Shown here piece by piece: positions 56,038 to 64,000 of a DNA stretch of 64,000 bases. The DNA comes from a virus. Lineage: Duplodnaviria; Caudoviricetes. Positions within the stretch are counted from its first letter, which is position 1; each line of letters opens with the position of its first letter. A program made the translations under genes and the position numbers. The notes under the pieces were generated by a model. The model made no database searches, was not told where the DNA came from, and saw only the letters and a program-made list of their open reading frames with translations. The stretch spans positions 1 to 64,000 of the IMG/VR virus record IMGVR_UViG_3300042992_001693; one strand, written 5' to 3'.

Positions 56038-56878
56038 TGTTTTAATTTTAGGAGCTGGTTACGTAGGAACAGAATTGTTCTCATGGGTCAATAAAGAAAA
56101 AAACAACTATTGGCTATATTCCAGAAAAAATCTAGATTACTCTGATCAATCAGTGTTGAGTAAGTTTTTACTTAATAACAAAATTGAGTATGTCATTAAC
56201 TGTTCTGGATTTACTGGTAGACCAAATGTTGATGAAGGGGAAATTAAGAAAAAAGAGTGCTGGGAACTTAATGTCTTGCTGCCTTTAAAAATTAGTAAGA
56301 TTTGCAAAGCTCTTAATATTAATTACATTCATATTTCATCGGGATGTATCTACTCTGGTTATGAAAAGGAATTTACTGAAGAAGATGCTCCTAATTTTGG
56401 ATTGTATGATCATTCGTCTTTCTATTCAAAATCAAAACATGCATTTGAAACTCTGAATGATTATGGATGTACAATCCGTGTTAGAATGCCATTCGGTGAT
56501 GATCTTCATGAAAGAAGTTTTATTACTAAAATCTTAAAATATGATAACTTAGTTAACTATAAAAACTCTAAGACATATCTTCCAGATCTCTGTAACTTTA
56601 TCGAATATATTGTCGATAATAGTATTAATGCTAATAAGATAGGAGTAATTAATTTTGTAAATCCTGAAGCTAAAGATACAGAGTTTCTAGTTGAACGTAT
56701 GAAAGTGTTTAATAGCTATCAAAACAAAAATTGGAAGTTTGTAGATATTAAAGATATTAATATTACAGCACCTAGATCCAATTGTGTTCTTTCTATTGAT
56801 AAGTTAAAAAGTATGTTTCCTGACTTCCACATCGAAACAGAAGCAGATGCAATTGAAATGGCACTAACTAATATCTAA
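55994..56878 (+). CDS. NDP-4-keto-6-deoxyglucose 3,5-epimerase/4-reductase (NRS/ER-like SDR)
   Basis: LILGAGYVG, INCSGFTGRPNVD, HISSGCIY, SFYSKSK, VRMPF. Confidence 0.75.
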   Translation: MTSEISSKKNTNPTNVLILGAGYVGTELFSWVNKEKNNYWLYSRKNLDYSDQSVLSKFLLNNKIEYVINCSGFTGRPNVDEGEIKKKECWELNVLLPLKISKICKALNINYIHISSGCIYSGYEKEFTEEDAPNFGLYDHSSFYSKSKHAFETLNDYGCTIRVRMPFGDDLHERSFITKILKYDNLVNYKNSKTYLPDLCNFIEYIVDNSINANKIGVINFVNPEAKDTEFLVERMKVFNSYQNKNWKFVDIKDINITAPRSNCVLSIDKLKSMFPDFHIETEADAIEMALTNI

Positions 56879-56882
56879 TTTT

Positions 56883-57614
56883 ATGAAAGCAATAATTTTA
56901 GCGGGAGGCAAGGGTACACGATTGTATCCATTAACACGTACTATCAGTAAACAACTATTGCCTGTTTATAATAAGCCAATGATCTACTATCCTCTTCAAA
57001 CATTGAAGGATATGGGTATTAGAGAAATACTAATTATTACAGCAGATTCTCAACAATGTAGATTGTTTCAGAATCAACTCAGACATGGGGAACCGTATGG
57101 TTTAAAAATTGAATATGCTATTCAAGAAAATCCAGGGGGATTACCTGAAGCATTTATTATAGGTGAAAATTTCATTGGAAATGATGATGTCACTTTAATT
57201 CTAGGAGACAATGTCTTTATTACTAATTCAGAAATTAAAGCAATTCCAAACACCATATACACATATAAAGTGAAAAACCCATCTGCATATGGCGTTGCTG
57301 AAATCGACGACGAAGGTAAATTAATCAACATTATCGAAAAACCAGCAGAATATGTTAGCGATAAAGCGGTTGTTGGATTGTATGTTTTTACTAATATCGC
57401 TATTAAACTTGCGAAAGGATTGACACCTTCAAAAAGAGGAGAACTTGAAATTGTCGATCTTATTAAAAAAATAGACGATGCCGAAGGCATATCTGTTCAA
57501 GAATTTGAAGGTTTTTGGTTTGATTGTGGAACTCACAATGATTTGCTTGACTGTGCGAATTTAGTTGCTACAATTGAACATAGAACAAACAAAATTGTAG
57601 GATTATCAGAATGA
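56883..57614 (+). CDS. rmlA: glucose-1-phosphate thymidylyltransferase
   Basis: IILAGGKGTRLYPLT, SKQLLPVYNKPMIYYPL, LILGDN, PSKRGELEI, WFDCGT. Confidence 0.95.
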   Translation: MKAIILAGGKGTRLYPLTRTISKQLLPVYNKPMIYYPLQTLKDMGIREILIITADSQQCRLFQNQLRHGEPYGLKIEYAIQENPGGLPEAFIIGENFIGNDDVTLILGDNVFITNSEIKAIPNTIYTYKVKNPSAYGVAEIDDEGKLINIIEKPAEYVSDKAVVGLYVFTNIAIKLAKGLTPSKRGELEIVDLIKKIDDAEGISVQEFEGFWFDCGTHNDLLDCANLVATIEHRTNKIVGLSE

Positions 57615-58522
57615 ATTTATGGATTGAAAAATATAGACCGCAAACATTAGATGATATGTGTTTGTTGGATAGTACAAGAGCCTTTTTCTCATCTTTTACC
57701 AATGAAATACCCCACTTCCTATTCACAGGAAATCCTGGTACTGGAAAAACTACCATTTCTAGAATAATTGTACAAGATATCTTAAAATGCGATTACTTGT
57801 ATATAAATGCATCAGATGAAACTGGCATTGACAATATAAGAGTTAAAGTATCTGGATTTGTACAAACAAAAAGTTTTGATGGTGGTATCAAAGTTGTTGT
57901 TCTTGATGAAGCAGATGGTTTATCAAAAGAAGCTCAAAAATGTTTGCGTAATTTAATGGAAGATTATGCTAAAGTCGCTAGATTCATTTTAACAGCAAAT
58001 TATCGTCACAAAATTATAGCTCCGTTACAATCTAGATGTCAAAGTGTAGATATTAGACCGACATTGAAGGGGGCTGTTAAAAGATGCTTATATGTTTTAC
58101 AAAATGAAGACATTGACATACCTAAAGAACAAAATAAAGCATTAATCGATCTTGTTAAGAATTATTTCCCAGATCTTAGGAAATGTATCAATGAAATTCA
58201 GAAACACTCAATCGATGGTGTTTTAAATATCGATGGAAAAACAGATAACAACAGTTTATGTTCTTACATATGGACTGGTATTTTAAACAAATCATCATTA
58301 CAAACTAGAAAATATTTGATTGAAAATGATCATTTGTTTGATAATGATTACGACCAGTTGCTTTCTAATCTTTTAAATTATATCTATGATTTAGAAGTCG
58401 ATGAATTACAAAAAAAACAAGCTATCGTGCAAATTGCAGATAGCTTGTTTAGAAGTAGTAATGTGATTGACAAAGAGATCAATGCATTTGCATGTCTTTT
58501 GTCTTTAGAGAATATATTTTAA
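57611..58522 (+). CDS. clamp loader subunit gp44 / RFC small subunit
   Basis: LWIEKYRP, GNPGTGKT, INASDE, LDEADGL, LQSRC, FPDLRK. Confidence 0.92.
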   Translation: MNLWIEKYRPQTLDDMCLLDSTRAFFSSFTNEIPHFLFTGNPGTGKTTISRIIVQDILKCDYLYINASDETGIDNIRVKVSGFVQTKSFDGGIKVVVLDEADGLSKEAQKCLRNLMEDYAKVARFILTANYRHKIIAPLQSRCQSVDIRPTLKGAVKRCLYVLQNEDIDIPKEQNKALIDLVKNYFPDLRKCINEIQKHSIDGVLNIDGKTDNNSLCSYIWTGILNKSSLQTRKYLIENDHLFDNDYDQLLSNLLNYIYDLEVDELQKKQAIVQIADSLFRSSNVIDKEINAFACLLSLENIF

Positions 58523-59196
58523 GCGGTTGCAGGAAGTGGAGGAGGAGTAGCAGCTGATTGTTGTGATCCACCAGCATTATAACCTTGCTTAAATGCACCG
58601 CCAATACCACCAGTAAATCCTGTGTCTTGAGCAGATTGCTTTTGACCAGCGGTTTGACCTTTGGCTTGCTCAAGTCTGTTCATTATTTGGGCAAGTGACA
58701 TATTAGTAACATCGCCTCTTAAATCAATTAAACCTTTGTTTTGAGCTGCTTGAACTAAATCAATCAAGTCCATAGCAGATTTTGAAGCATTTTCAATTGC
58801 TTGAGCTTGTTCTTTATCTGCTGCTGCTGTATTGTAAAGATTTCCAACATTTTGAGCAGCTTGACCAGCGGCTGCTTTTACGCCAGAACCAACTTGACCG
58901 ACTTTTTGAGCGGTTGTTTGTCCAGCTTGCTTAACGGCATCTACAGCCCCTCTACCAGCTGCTGCAAGACCCCTACCAGCTGCTGAACCAACAGCACCTA
59001 TACCAGAAGCAACTCTACCAGCGGCTTGTCCCAAAGCTCCTAAAATTTCTTCTATAACTTGAGCTTCTTCAAGTGTCATGTGAGGGAGTCTTTTCTGAAT
59101 TTCAGCAATTGTCATATGAGGTGCTGATTCTTGAAAAAGTTGAGCTGTATATGCTTCAGCGAGAAGCGCTTGATCTAATTTTGTTATTCTAGCCAT
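58519..59196 (-). CDS. Ala/Gly/Gln-rich putative head protein
   Basis: DQALLAEAY, VIEEILG; TAAATA-N5-ATG. Confidence 0.6.
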   Translation of the reverse strand: MARITKLDQALLAEAYTAQLFQESAPHMTIAEIQKRLPHMTLEEAQVIEEILGALGQAAGRVASGIGAVGSAAGRGLAAAGRGAVDAVKQAGQTTAQKVGQVGSGVKAAAGQAAQNVGNLYNTAAADKEQAQAIENASKSAMDLIDLVQAAQNKGLIDLRGDVTNMSLAQIMNRLEQAKGQTAGQKQSAQDTGFTGGIGGAFKQGYNAGGSQQSAATPPPLPATA

Positions 59197-59212
59197 ATTA
59201 TTATTTATGCGG

Positions 59213-59473
59213 TTAAGGTATTTTTTTTAAATAATCTAAAATTAAATTGTACATTTCTTGGGTGTGTTTGTTTATATCACCTCCAAATACTTTAGACACA
59301 TCTTTACCAACATCATATGCAACAGATTTTGCAAATTCATGCTGTTTATTTGTTTGCTTTAAAGAAGATTTAGAAAAAGCTCCAACTACTTTAGATCCAA
59401 GTCTTCTAATAAGACCTTCTTCTACGAGAGATTCTTTATATGCTTCGGCTATTTTTTGATTTTCGTTTATCAT
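59213..59473 (-). CDS. small putative head protein
   Basis: KIAEAYKESLVEEGL. Confidence 0.55.
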   Translation of the reverse strand: MINENQKIAEAYKESLVEEGLIRRLGSKVVGAFSKSSLKQTNKQHEFAKSVAYDVGKDVSKVFGGDINKHTQEMYNLILDYLKKIP

Positions 59474-59485
59474 AATAATATAATT

Positions 59486-60388
59486 TTAAGAAGCGTATGC
59501 TACAACTTCAATATCTTTACCTCCTGGATTTCTTCCAAGATTTTCAAAATTAAATGAAATCATACTGTTTTCAATTTCTTGTTCTTCATCAAATGGATCT
59601 CCACTTGTTGATTTTCTTCTAAAAGATAACATTTTCTGTGCGCTATGACCAGGATGATGATGAGCTTTTGATATGTCTATATCATTGGTAACAGCATCTA
59701 AGTCAAATCCAAGTTCATCCAATGCACTGGTGACAGCTCTCAATGCTTGTCCAGCGGTTTCAAAACGAGCGTTTCCATCTAAACCATAAATTGTCAATTT
59801 ATTTGTAATTTGATGTCTTTCTGAATCAGAAATTCTGGTTGGATTACTGGCAGCTTCATACAACATGCCAAGCATTTGATTATCTTTCTTTAATGTAGTG
59901 CTTTCTGGAAGTTTATATTCTGTTGGGGTGGCTTTCCCATTACCTTTGTCAGTTTTTCTGGTGATATGATTATTATCAATATTAACCACTTCTGGTTTTA
60001 TTGTAATTTTGTCTTTTCTCTTCCACTCATCAGGAATTGGGCTTAAATTGATGTCATCTGATGGGATTTTGTCAACCATATCAGAAGAAACTGTAACTTT
60101 ACCATAAATTCTGGTTCCACCTTGGTCCGCAGCGATTGTTAATACATAATTATCTGATGTTTTGAATTGATTGCCAGCACTGGCTCCAGATAGCTTATCT
60201 CCAACTTGAACCACCTTTATATTCAACCCACATGTTGCTAAATCGTCAACTTCTTTTTGTAATTCTGTTGACATTGCCTTGTAAGCATCGCATGATTTAT
60301 AGTTAGGTCTGAATTTAACAAGATCGCCAGTAAGATAATCATGACGAGCTACAACAGACTCAAAAATTGCATCAAATAATTTTCCCAT
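59486..60388 (-). CDS. putative head protein
   Basis: MGKLFDAIFE, internal LGMLYEA; late promoter. Confidence 0.6.
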   Translation of the reverse strand: MGKLFDAIFESVVARHDYLTGDLVKFRPNYKSCDAYKAMSTELQKEVDDLATCGLNIKVVQVGDKLSGASAGNQFKTSDNYVLTIAADQGGTRIYGKVTVSSDMVDKIPSDDINLSPIPDEWKRKDKITIKPEVVNIDNNHITRKTDKGNGKATPTEYKLPESTTLKKDNQMLGMLYEAASNPTRISDSERHQITNKLTIYGLDGNARFETAGQALRAVTSALDELGFDLDAVTNDIDISKAHHHPGHSAQKMLSFRRKSTSGDPFDEEQEIENSMISFNFENLGRNPGGKDIEVVAYAS

Positions 60389-60421
60389 GCAAATTATTTA
60401 GTTAAAATGATAAATAAAGTT

Positions 60422-62098
60422 ATGAATTTCAATAAACTTTGTGAAGTAATACTTGAAGCAAAAGGAACCAGACCAGGTCAAGCTTATAAAACCGCTAAGG
60501 AAACAACAGCTCCTATGGGATTTAGCGGGAGTTCGGCTGGATTTGGGGGAACTCAAGAAAAAAGAACACAACTGGATCGTTGGGAATGGTCAAATGAAAT
60601 AACAGCAGATCCAGAGACCAAAGGAGGTAGCGGCGAAGGATTACGCGCAATGAAAAGATTTTACAAAGTTTTAAACAACGCATTTCGCTTGTTAGAAAAC
60701 GACACCGATTTTAGTAAGAGAGTTTTATCAATGTCAAATGATATGGATAAGAAAAGACAATCTTATGGAAGAATCACAGTTGAAGATGAGAATGGAAAAA
60801 TGAAAACATTCGATGAGGAGAATGTGATGAAAATATTTCCTGGAAATATTGCAAAGTATGCTGGCGAAGAAGAAACAAGAAGAGCGAAAATATCATATTT
60901 GGAAACAGTTAAAAAGAATACTGAAAAACCAAAAGAGATAGAAGCAATTGATAGAGAACTTCAAGAAATAGAAGCAGAGCGTCAAGAATATGAAAATAAA
61001 TTAAACACCGCTCAAAATATATATAATCAAGTCTTAGAAAGAACCAATGAAATTGAAGAAGTCAATAAATCATTGAATGATCAAAAGATGGAAGCTTTTA
61101 AATATTATCTAAAATCAACAGCGGAACAGTTGCTGTTAGATAATGAACAGAAGCTTGCTGATGAAAGCAAATTGCAAGATTTGTTTCAATTAGATTGGGA
61201 AAGCACACCAAAGGGTATGCAAGAAAAAATGAACATGTTAAGAGCTTTAGCTTCTGAAGATTCAACTATAAATCCAATTCTTGCATATTTGGATATTTAT
61301 GATACTCGATACTCTGAAAGAGAAGCTGAATTAAGGGATCAAGAACTCAACGCAAATGTTAATATAACCAAAGTTAGAGATTATAATTCTTTACCATTTG
61401 TACAATTGGTCAACTTGTACAATAATATGAAATATAATGAAAAGTTTGGATTCAAACCTCATAAATTAGCTCCAGTTGCTATGGACTCTGATGAAAAATC
61501 AGATGGAGCATATATTGAATTGAAAAAAGTATTAGATTCAATCAATAATGAAGAAACATGGACAAGTAAAATTATCAAAAATAAAAAATATATCGAAGAT
61601 TTAATTGACATGTTATCACTTACAGATTCACAGAGACAAAATATCAAAGGATATACAAAAACTATGTGGAGTGATGCAACTGGTAGAACAAAAATCAACA
61701 CAGCTCAACTTATGCTTCAAGAACTCAACAAATATAGGAAGCAATTATCTGAAAATGTTTCAAATTCATTCGATTCTTATATATCATCCATAATGGAATC
61801 CATGGAGTTTGATCATGACGATTATGAAATCGATATGATCGAATTACTAGAAAAAAAATCAACTAAATGTACTGGTCCAACTAAAAAAGCCAGCAGTGAT
61901 AGAAAAGGTAAAAAGTGGACAAAATGCGCTCGCCAATCAGATGGTTCTTATAAAAGAATTCATTGGGGACAAGCTGGAGTTCGTGTAACTGGTAAATCAG
62001 GAAACACCAAGAGAAAAAAAAGCTTTAAAAAACGCCACGGATGTTCATCCGCTAAAGCAGGAACACCAAAAGCCATGGCGTGTAAAGATTGGGCGTGA
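60422..62098 (+). CDS. large coiled-coil protein with basic Cys-containing C-terminal domain
   Basis: start MNFNK after TAAATA-N5; C-terminus RKKSFKKRHGC...MACKDWA. Confidence 0.7.
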   Translation: MNFNKLCEVILEAKGTRPGQAYKTAKETTAPMGFSGSSAGFGGTQEKRTQLDRWEWSNEITADPETKGGSGEGLRAMKRFYKVLNNAFRLLENDTDFSKRVLSMSNDMDKKRQSYGRITVEDENGKMKTFDEENVMKIFPGNIAKYAGEEETRRAKISYLETVKKNTEKPKEIEAIDRELQEIEAERQEYENKLNTAQNIYNQVLERTNEIEEVNKSLNDQKMEAFKYYLKSTAEQLLLDNEQKLADESKLQDLFQLDWESTPKGMQEKMNMLRALASEDSTINPILAYLDIYDTRYSEREAELRDQELNANVNITKVRDYNSLPFVQLVNLYNNMKYNEKFGFKPHKLAPVAMDSDEKSDGAYIELKKVLDSINNEETWTSKIIKNKKYIEDLIDMLSLTDSQRQNIKGYTKTMWSDATGRTKINTAQLMLQELNKYRKQLSENVSNSFDSYISSIMESMEFDHDDYEIDMIELLEKKSTKCTGPTKKASSDRKGKKWTKCARQSDGSYKRIHWGQAGVRVTGKSGNTKRKKSFKKRHGCSSAKAGTPKAMACKDWA

Positions 62099-62117
62099 TG
62101 TTAATTAATTTAAAATT

Positions 62118-62303
62118 ATGAATGAATTTGATCAACTATATAATCTTCTTCTTGAGAAATATAAACCAAAAAAGAAGAAAAAAGTATCTAAATTAAGAGC
62201 TAAATGCCAAGCTAAAGCAAAATCTAAATACGATGTCTGGCCTAGTGCATATGCTTCAGGGTACGTCCAGAAATGTGTCAAAAGAAAAGGCAAAATGAAC
62301 TAA
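62118..62303 (+). CDS. small basic protein (WPSAYASG motif)
   Basis: MNEFDQLYNLLLE; KSKYDVWPSAYASGYVQKC. Confidence 0.7.
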   Translation: MNEFDQLYNLLLEKYKPKKKKKVSKLRAKCQAKAKSKYDVWPSAYASGYVQKCVKRKGKMN

Positions 62304-62304
62304 T

Positions 62305-62565
62305 ATGAATTCTTCAACAAAATTAACCCAAATTGAAATATTAGAAAACCTCAGAGATTGGTTTGCTCCTCATGTGGATAAAAAAGGTCGCAAATTCAAA
62401 GGATGGATAAATTGCAAAACTGGTGGTCCTTGTGGTAGAAAAGATACATCAAAAGGATCATATCCAGCATGTAGACCCACTAAAGCACAATGTGCTAAAA
62501 TTAAAGGTAAAATGTATAAAAAGAAAAGTTCTGCTAGAGTTCGTTGGAAAAAGAAAGCTGATTGA
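62305..62565 (+). CDS. small basic Cys-rich protein
   Basis: LRDWF...WINC..GGPCGR...YPACRPT. Confidence 0.7.
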   Translation: MNSSTKLTQIEILENLRDWFAPHVDKKGRKFKGWINCKTGGPCGRKDTSKGSYPACRPTKAQCAKIKGKMYKKKSSARVRWKKKAD

Positions 62566-62587
62566 TCTAATGCATTAAATATCTTTA

Positions 62588-63073
62588 ATGGCAATTAAAA
62601 TTAAATCTCTTGAAGCTAATTCATTAGACAAAACATCTTTAGATAATGGCTATTTATATAAAGATTTAGCGTTGGATCTTAATCCCGCATATTCTTATAA
62701 TAGTCAACTCAATAGAAAAGAATTTTTAAAAGACGTTCAAGCATCTTATGATGTTCAAGCTATAAAAAATAGTATAGTTAATGCTTTTTTAACAGCTCCT
62801 GGTGATAAAATATTAAATCCAACATACGGAATTGATTTAAGACGATTTTTATTTGAACCCATTGATGATTTCACAACTGAAATTATTAAAGATGATATTC
62901 AAACCAATCTTCCATTGATGGAACCTAGAATAACCATCGATAATATCTACATCTACCCAGATGAAGAAGAAAATCAATACGATATAGAGTTACAAATAAA
63001 CGTTCCCAGTTTAGGTGTTTATGGATTGAACATAAAATCTAGACTTAATTCTTCAGGATATACTATTTTATAA
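62588..63073 (+). CDS. baseplate wedge subunit gp25-like
   Basis: YKDLALD, AIKNSIVN.FLT.PG.KILNP.YG..LRRFLFEP, EPRI. Confidence 0.9.
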   Translation: MAIKIKSLEANSLDKTSLDNGYLYKDLALDLNPAYSYNSQLNRKEFLKDVQASYDVQAIKNSIVNAFLTAPGDKILNPTYGIDLRRFLFEPIDDFTTEIIKDDIQTNLPLMEPRITIDNIYIYPDEEENQYDIELQINVPSLGVYGLNIKSRLNSSGYTIL

Positions 63074-63098
63074 CTTCTCCCATTAAATATTTTTTAAA

Positions 63099-64000
63099 AT
63101 GAGTGATACAAAAACATTAGAATACAATTTACCAACGGATGCTTATATAAATTTCGATGCGGTATCTTTAAAGAATTTTATCATTCAGAGATTGAATGAA
63201 AGTTCAAAATTCACTGATCAAAACTATGAAGGAAGTAATTTATCATCATTGATTGATATCATTGCTTATACCACTCACGTTTTGATGTTTTATCTCAATC
63301 AAACAAGTTCAGAATCTTTATTCACACAATCATCGATTTATGAAAACATGAATCGTATTATTAAACTCGTTGGATACAACCCAACAGGAAAGCAAACATC
63401 TCAAGTACCAGTTAATTGCACAGCTAAATCAACATTACCAGCTGGTAGTTATTATTTGAAAAAATATAGTTACTTTCTAGTGGATAATATTCAATATACA
63501 ATATTGGATGATTTCTTTTTTGAAAAAGTAACCAACAGTGATGAAACTATAACAACGATAAATGATAATTTAATTTTATATCAAGGAAGTGTCGGAGAAT
63601 ATCCAACTTACACATCAGAAGGTTTGGAATTCGAAACGTTTCCAATAGTTGTTGATAATTTAGTCGATTCAAACAGCGTTAATTTTATAGCAGATGGTAC
63701 AATTTCAGTTTATGTAAAAGAAAAAGACACAGAAACTTGGTTTGAATATTCAAAAGTTAATACTATATTTTTCTCAAGTGCTAATGAAAAAATATATGAA
63801 CTGAGATTGAATGAAAATGGCCATTATGAAATAAAATTCGGTAACGATACATTCGGTAGAAAATTAGAACAAGGCGATGAAGTAAAAGTAATGTATTTGT
63901 TGAGTGATGGTAACGCAGGAACCATTAGTAAAAATGTAATTAACGGAAATAAGCTGTTCAATTATTCTTCCAGCACATTTAATCAAATATATGATGATGT
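63099..64000 (+). CDS. baseplate wedge subunit gp6-like (5' partial, runs off the window)
   Basis: NFDAVSLK.FI, FTD.NYEGSNLS.LID.IAY, YLNQ..SE, LVGYNP. Confidence 0.85.
   Translation, partial: MSDTKTLEYNLPTDAYINFDAVSLKNFIIQRLNESSKFTDQNYEGSNLSSLIDIIAYTTHVLMFYLNQTSSESLFTQSSIYENMNRIIKLVGYNPTGKQTSQVPVNCTAKSTLPAGSYYLKKYSYFLVDNIQYTILDDFFFEKVTNSDETITTINDNLILYQGSVGEYPTYTSEGLEFETFPIVVDNLVDSNSVNFIADGTISVYVKEKDTETWFEYSKVNTIFFSSANEKIYELRLNENGHYEIKFGNDTFGRKLEQGDEVKVMYLLSDGNAGTISKNVINGNKLFNYSSSTFNQIYDD

Overview
A 64 kb AT-rich segment of a large T4-like myophage genome read in the standard genetic code. The left half (1 to about 32.6 kb, almost all minus strand) holds early/middle accessory genes: rIIA/rIIB, UV endonuclease, a HhH glycosylase, a RadA-like ATPase, ThyX, metallophosphoesterases, glutaredoxins and many small hypotheticals. 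It also holds a dense RNA cluster at 2.2-7.9 kb: 8 tRNAs, TilS, a complete tmRNA whose T-loop is interrupted by a 210-nt group I intron, and about five unexplained structured RNA candidates. The right half is virion morphogenesis: baseplate, tape measure, tail tube and sheath, neck, a long repeat fibre and putative internal head proteins. It also carries a clamp loader and a three-gene dTDP-rhamnose pathway plus a glycosyltransferase and a sulfotransferase. The large terminase gene is fractured into two ORFs joined by an atypically split intein (44-aa IntN, 114-aa IntC ending His-Gln), with a free-standing GIY-YIG endonuclease between the halves. Two promoter classes (AAAAACTA-N3-TANNNT and T4-late-like TAAATA) sit 5-7 nt in front of start codons, which suggests widespread leaderless mRNAs. 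All calls come from reading motifs by eye; no searches or folding programs were run.
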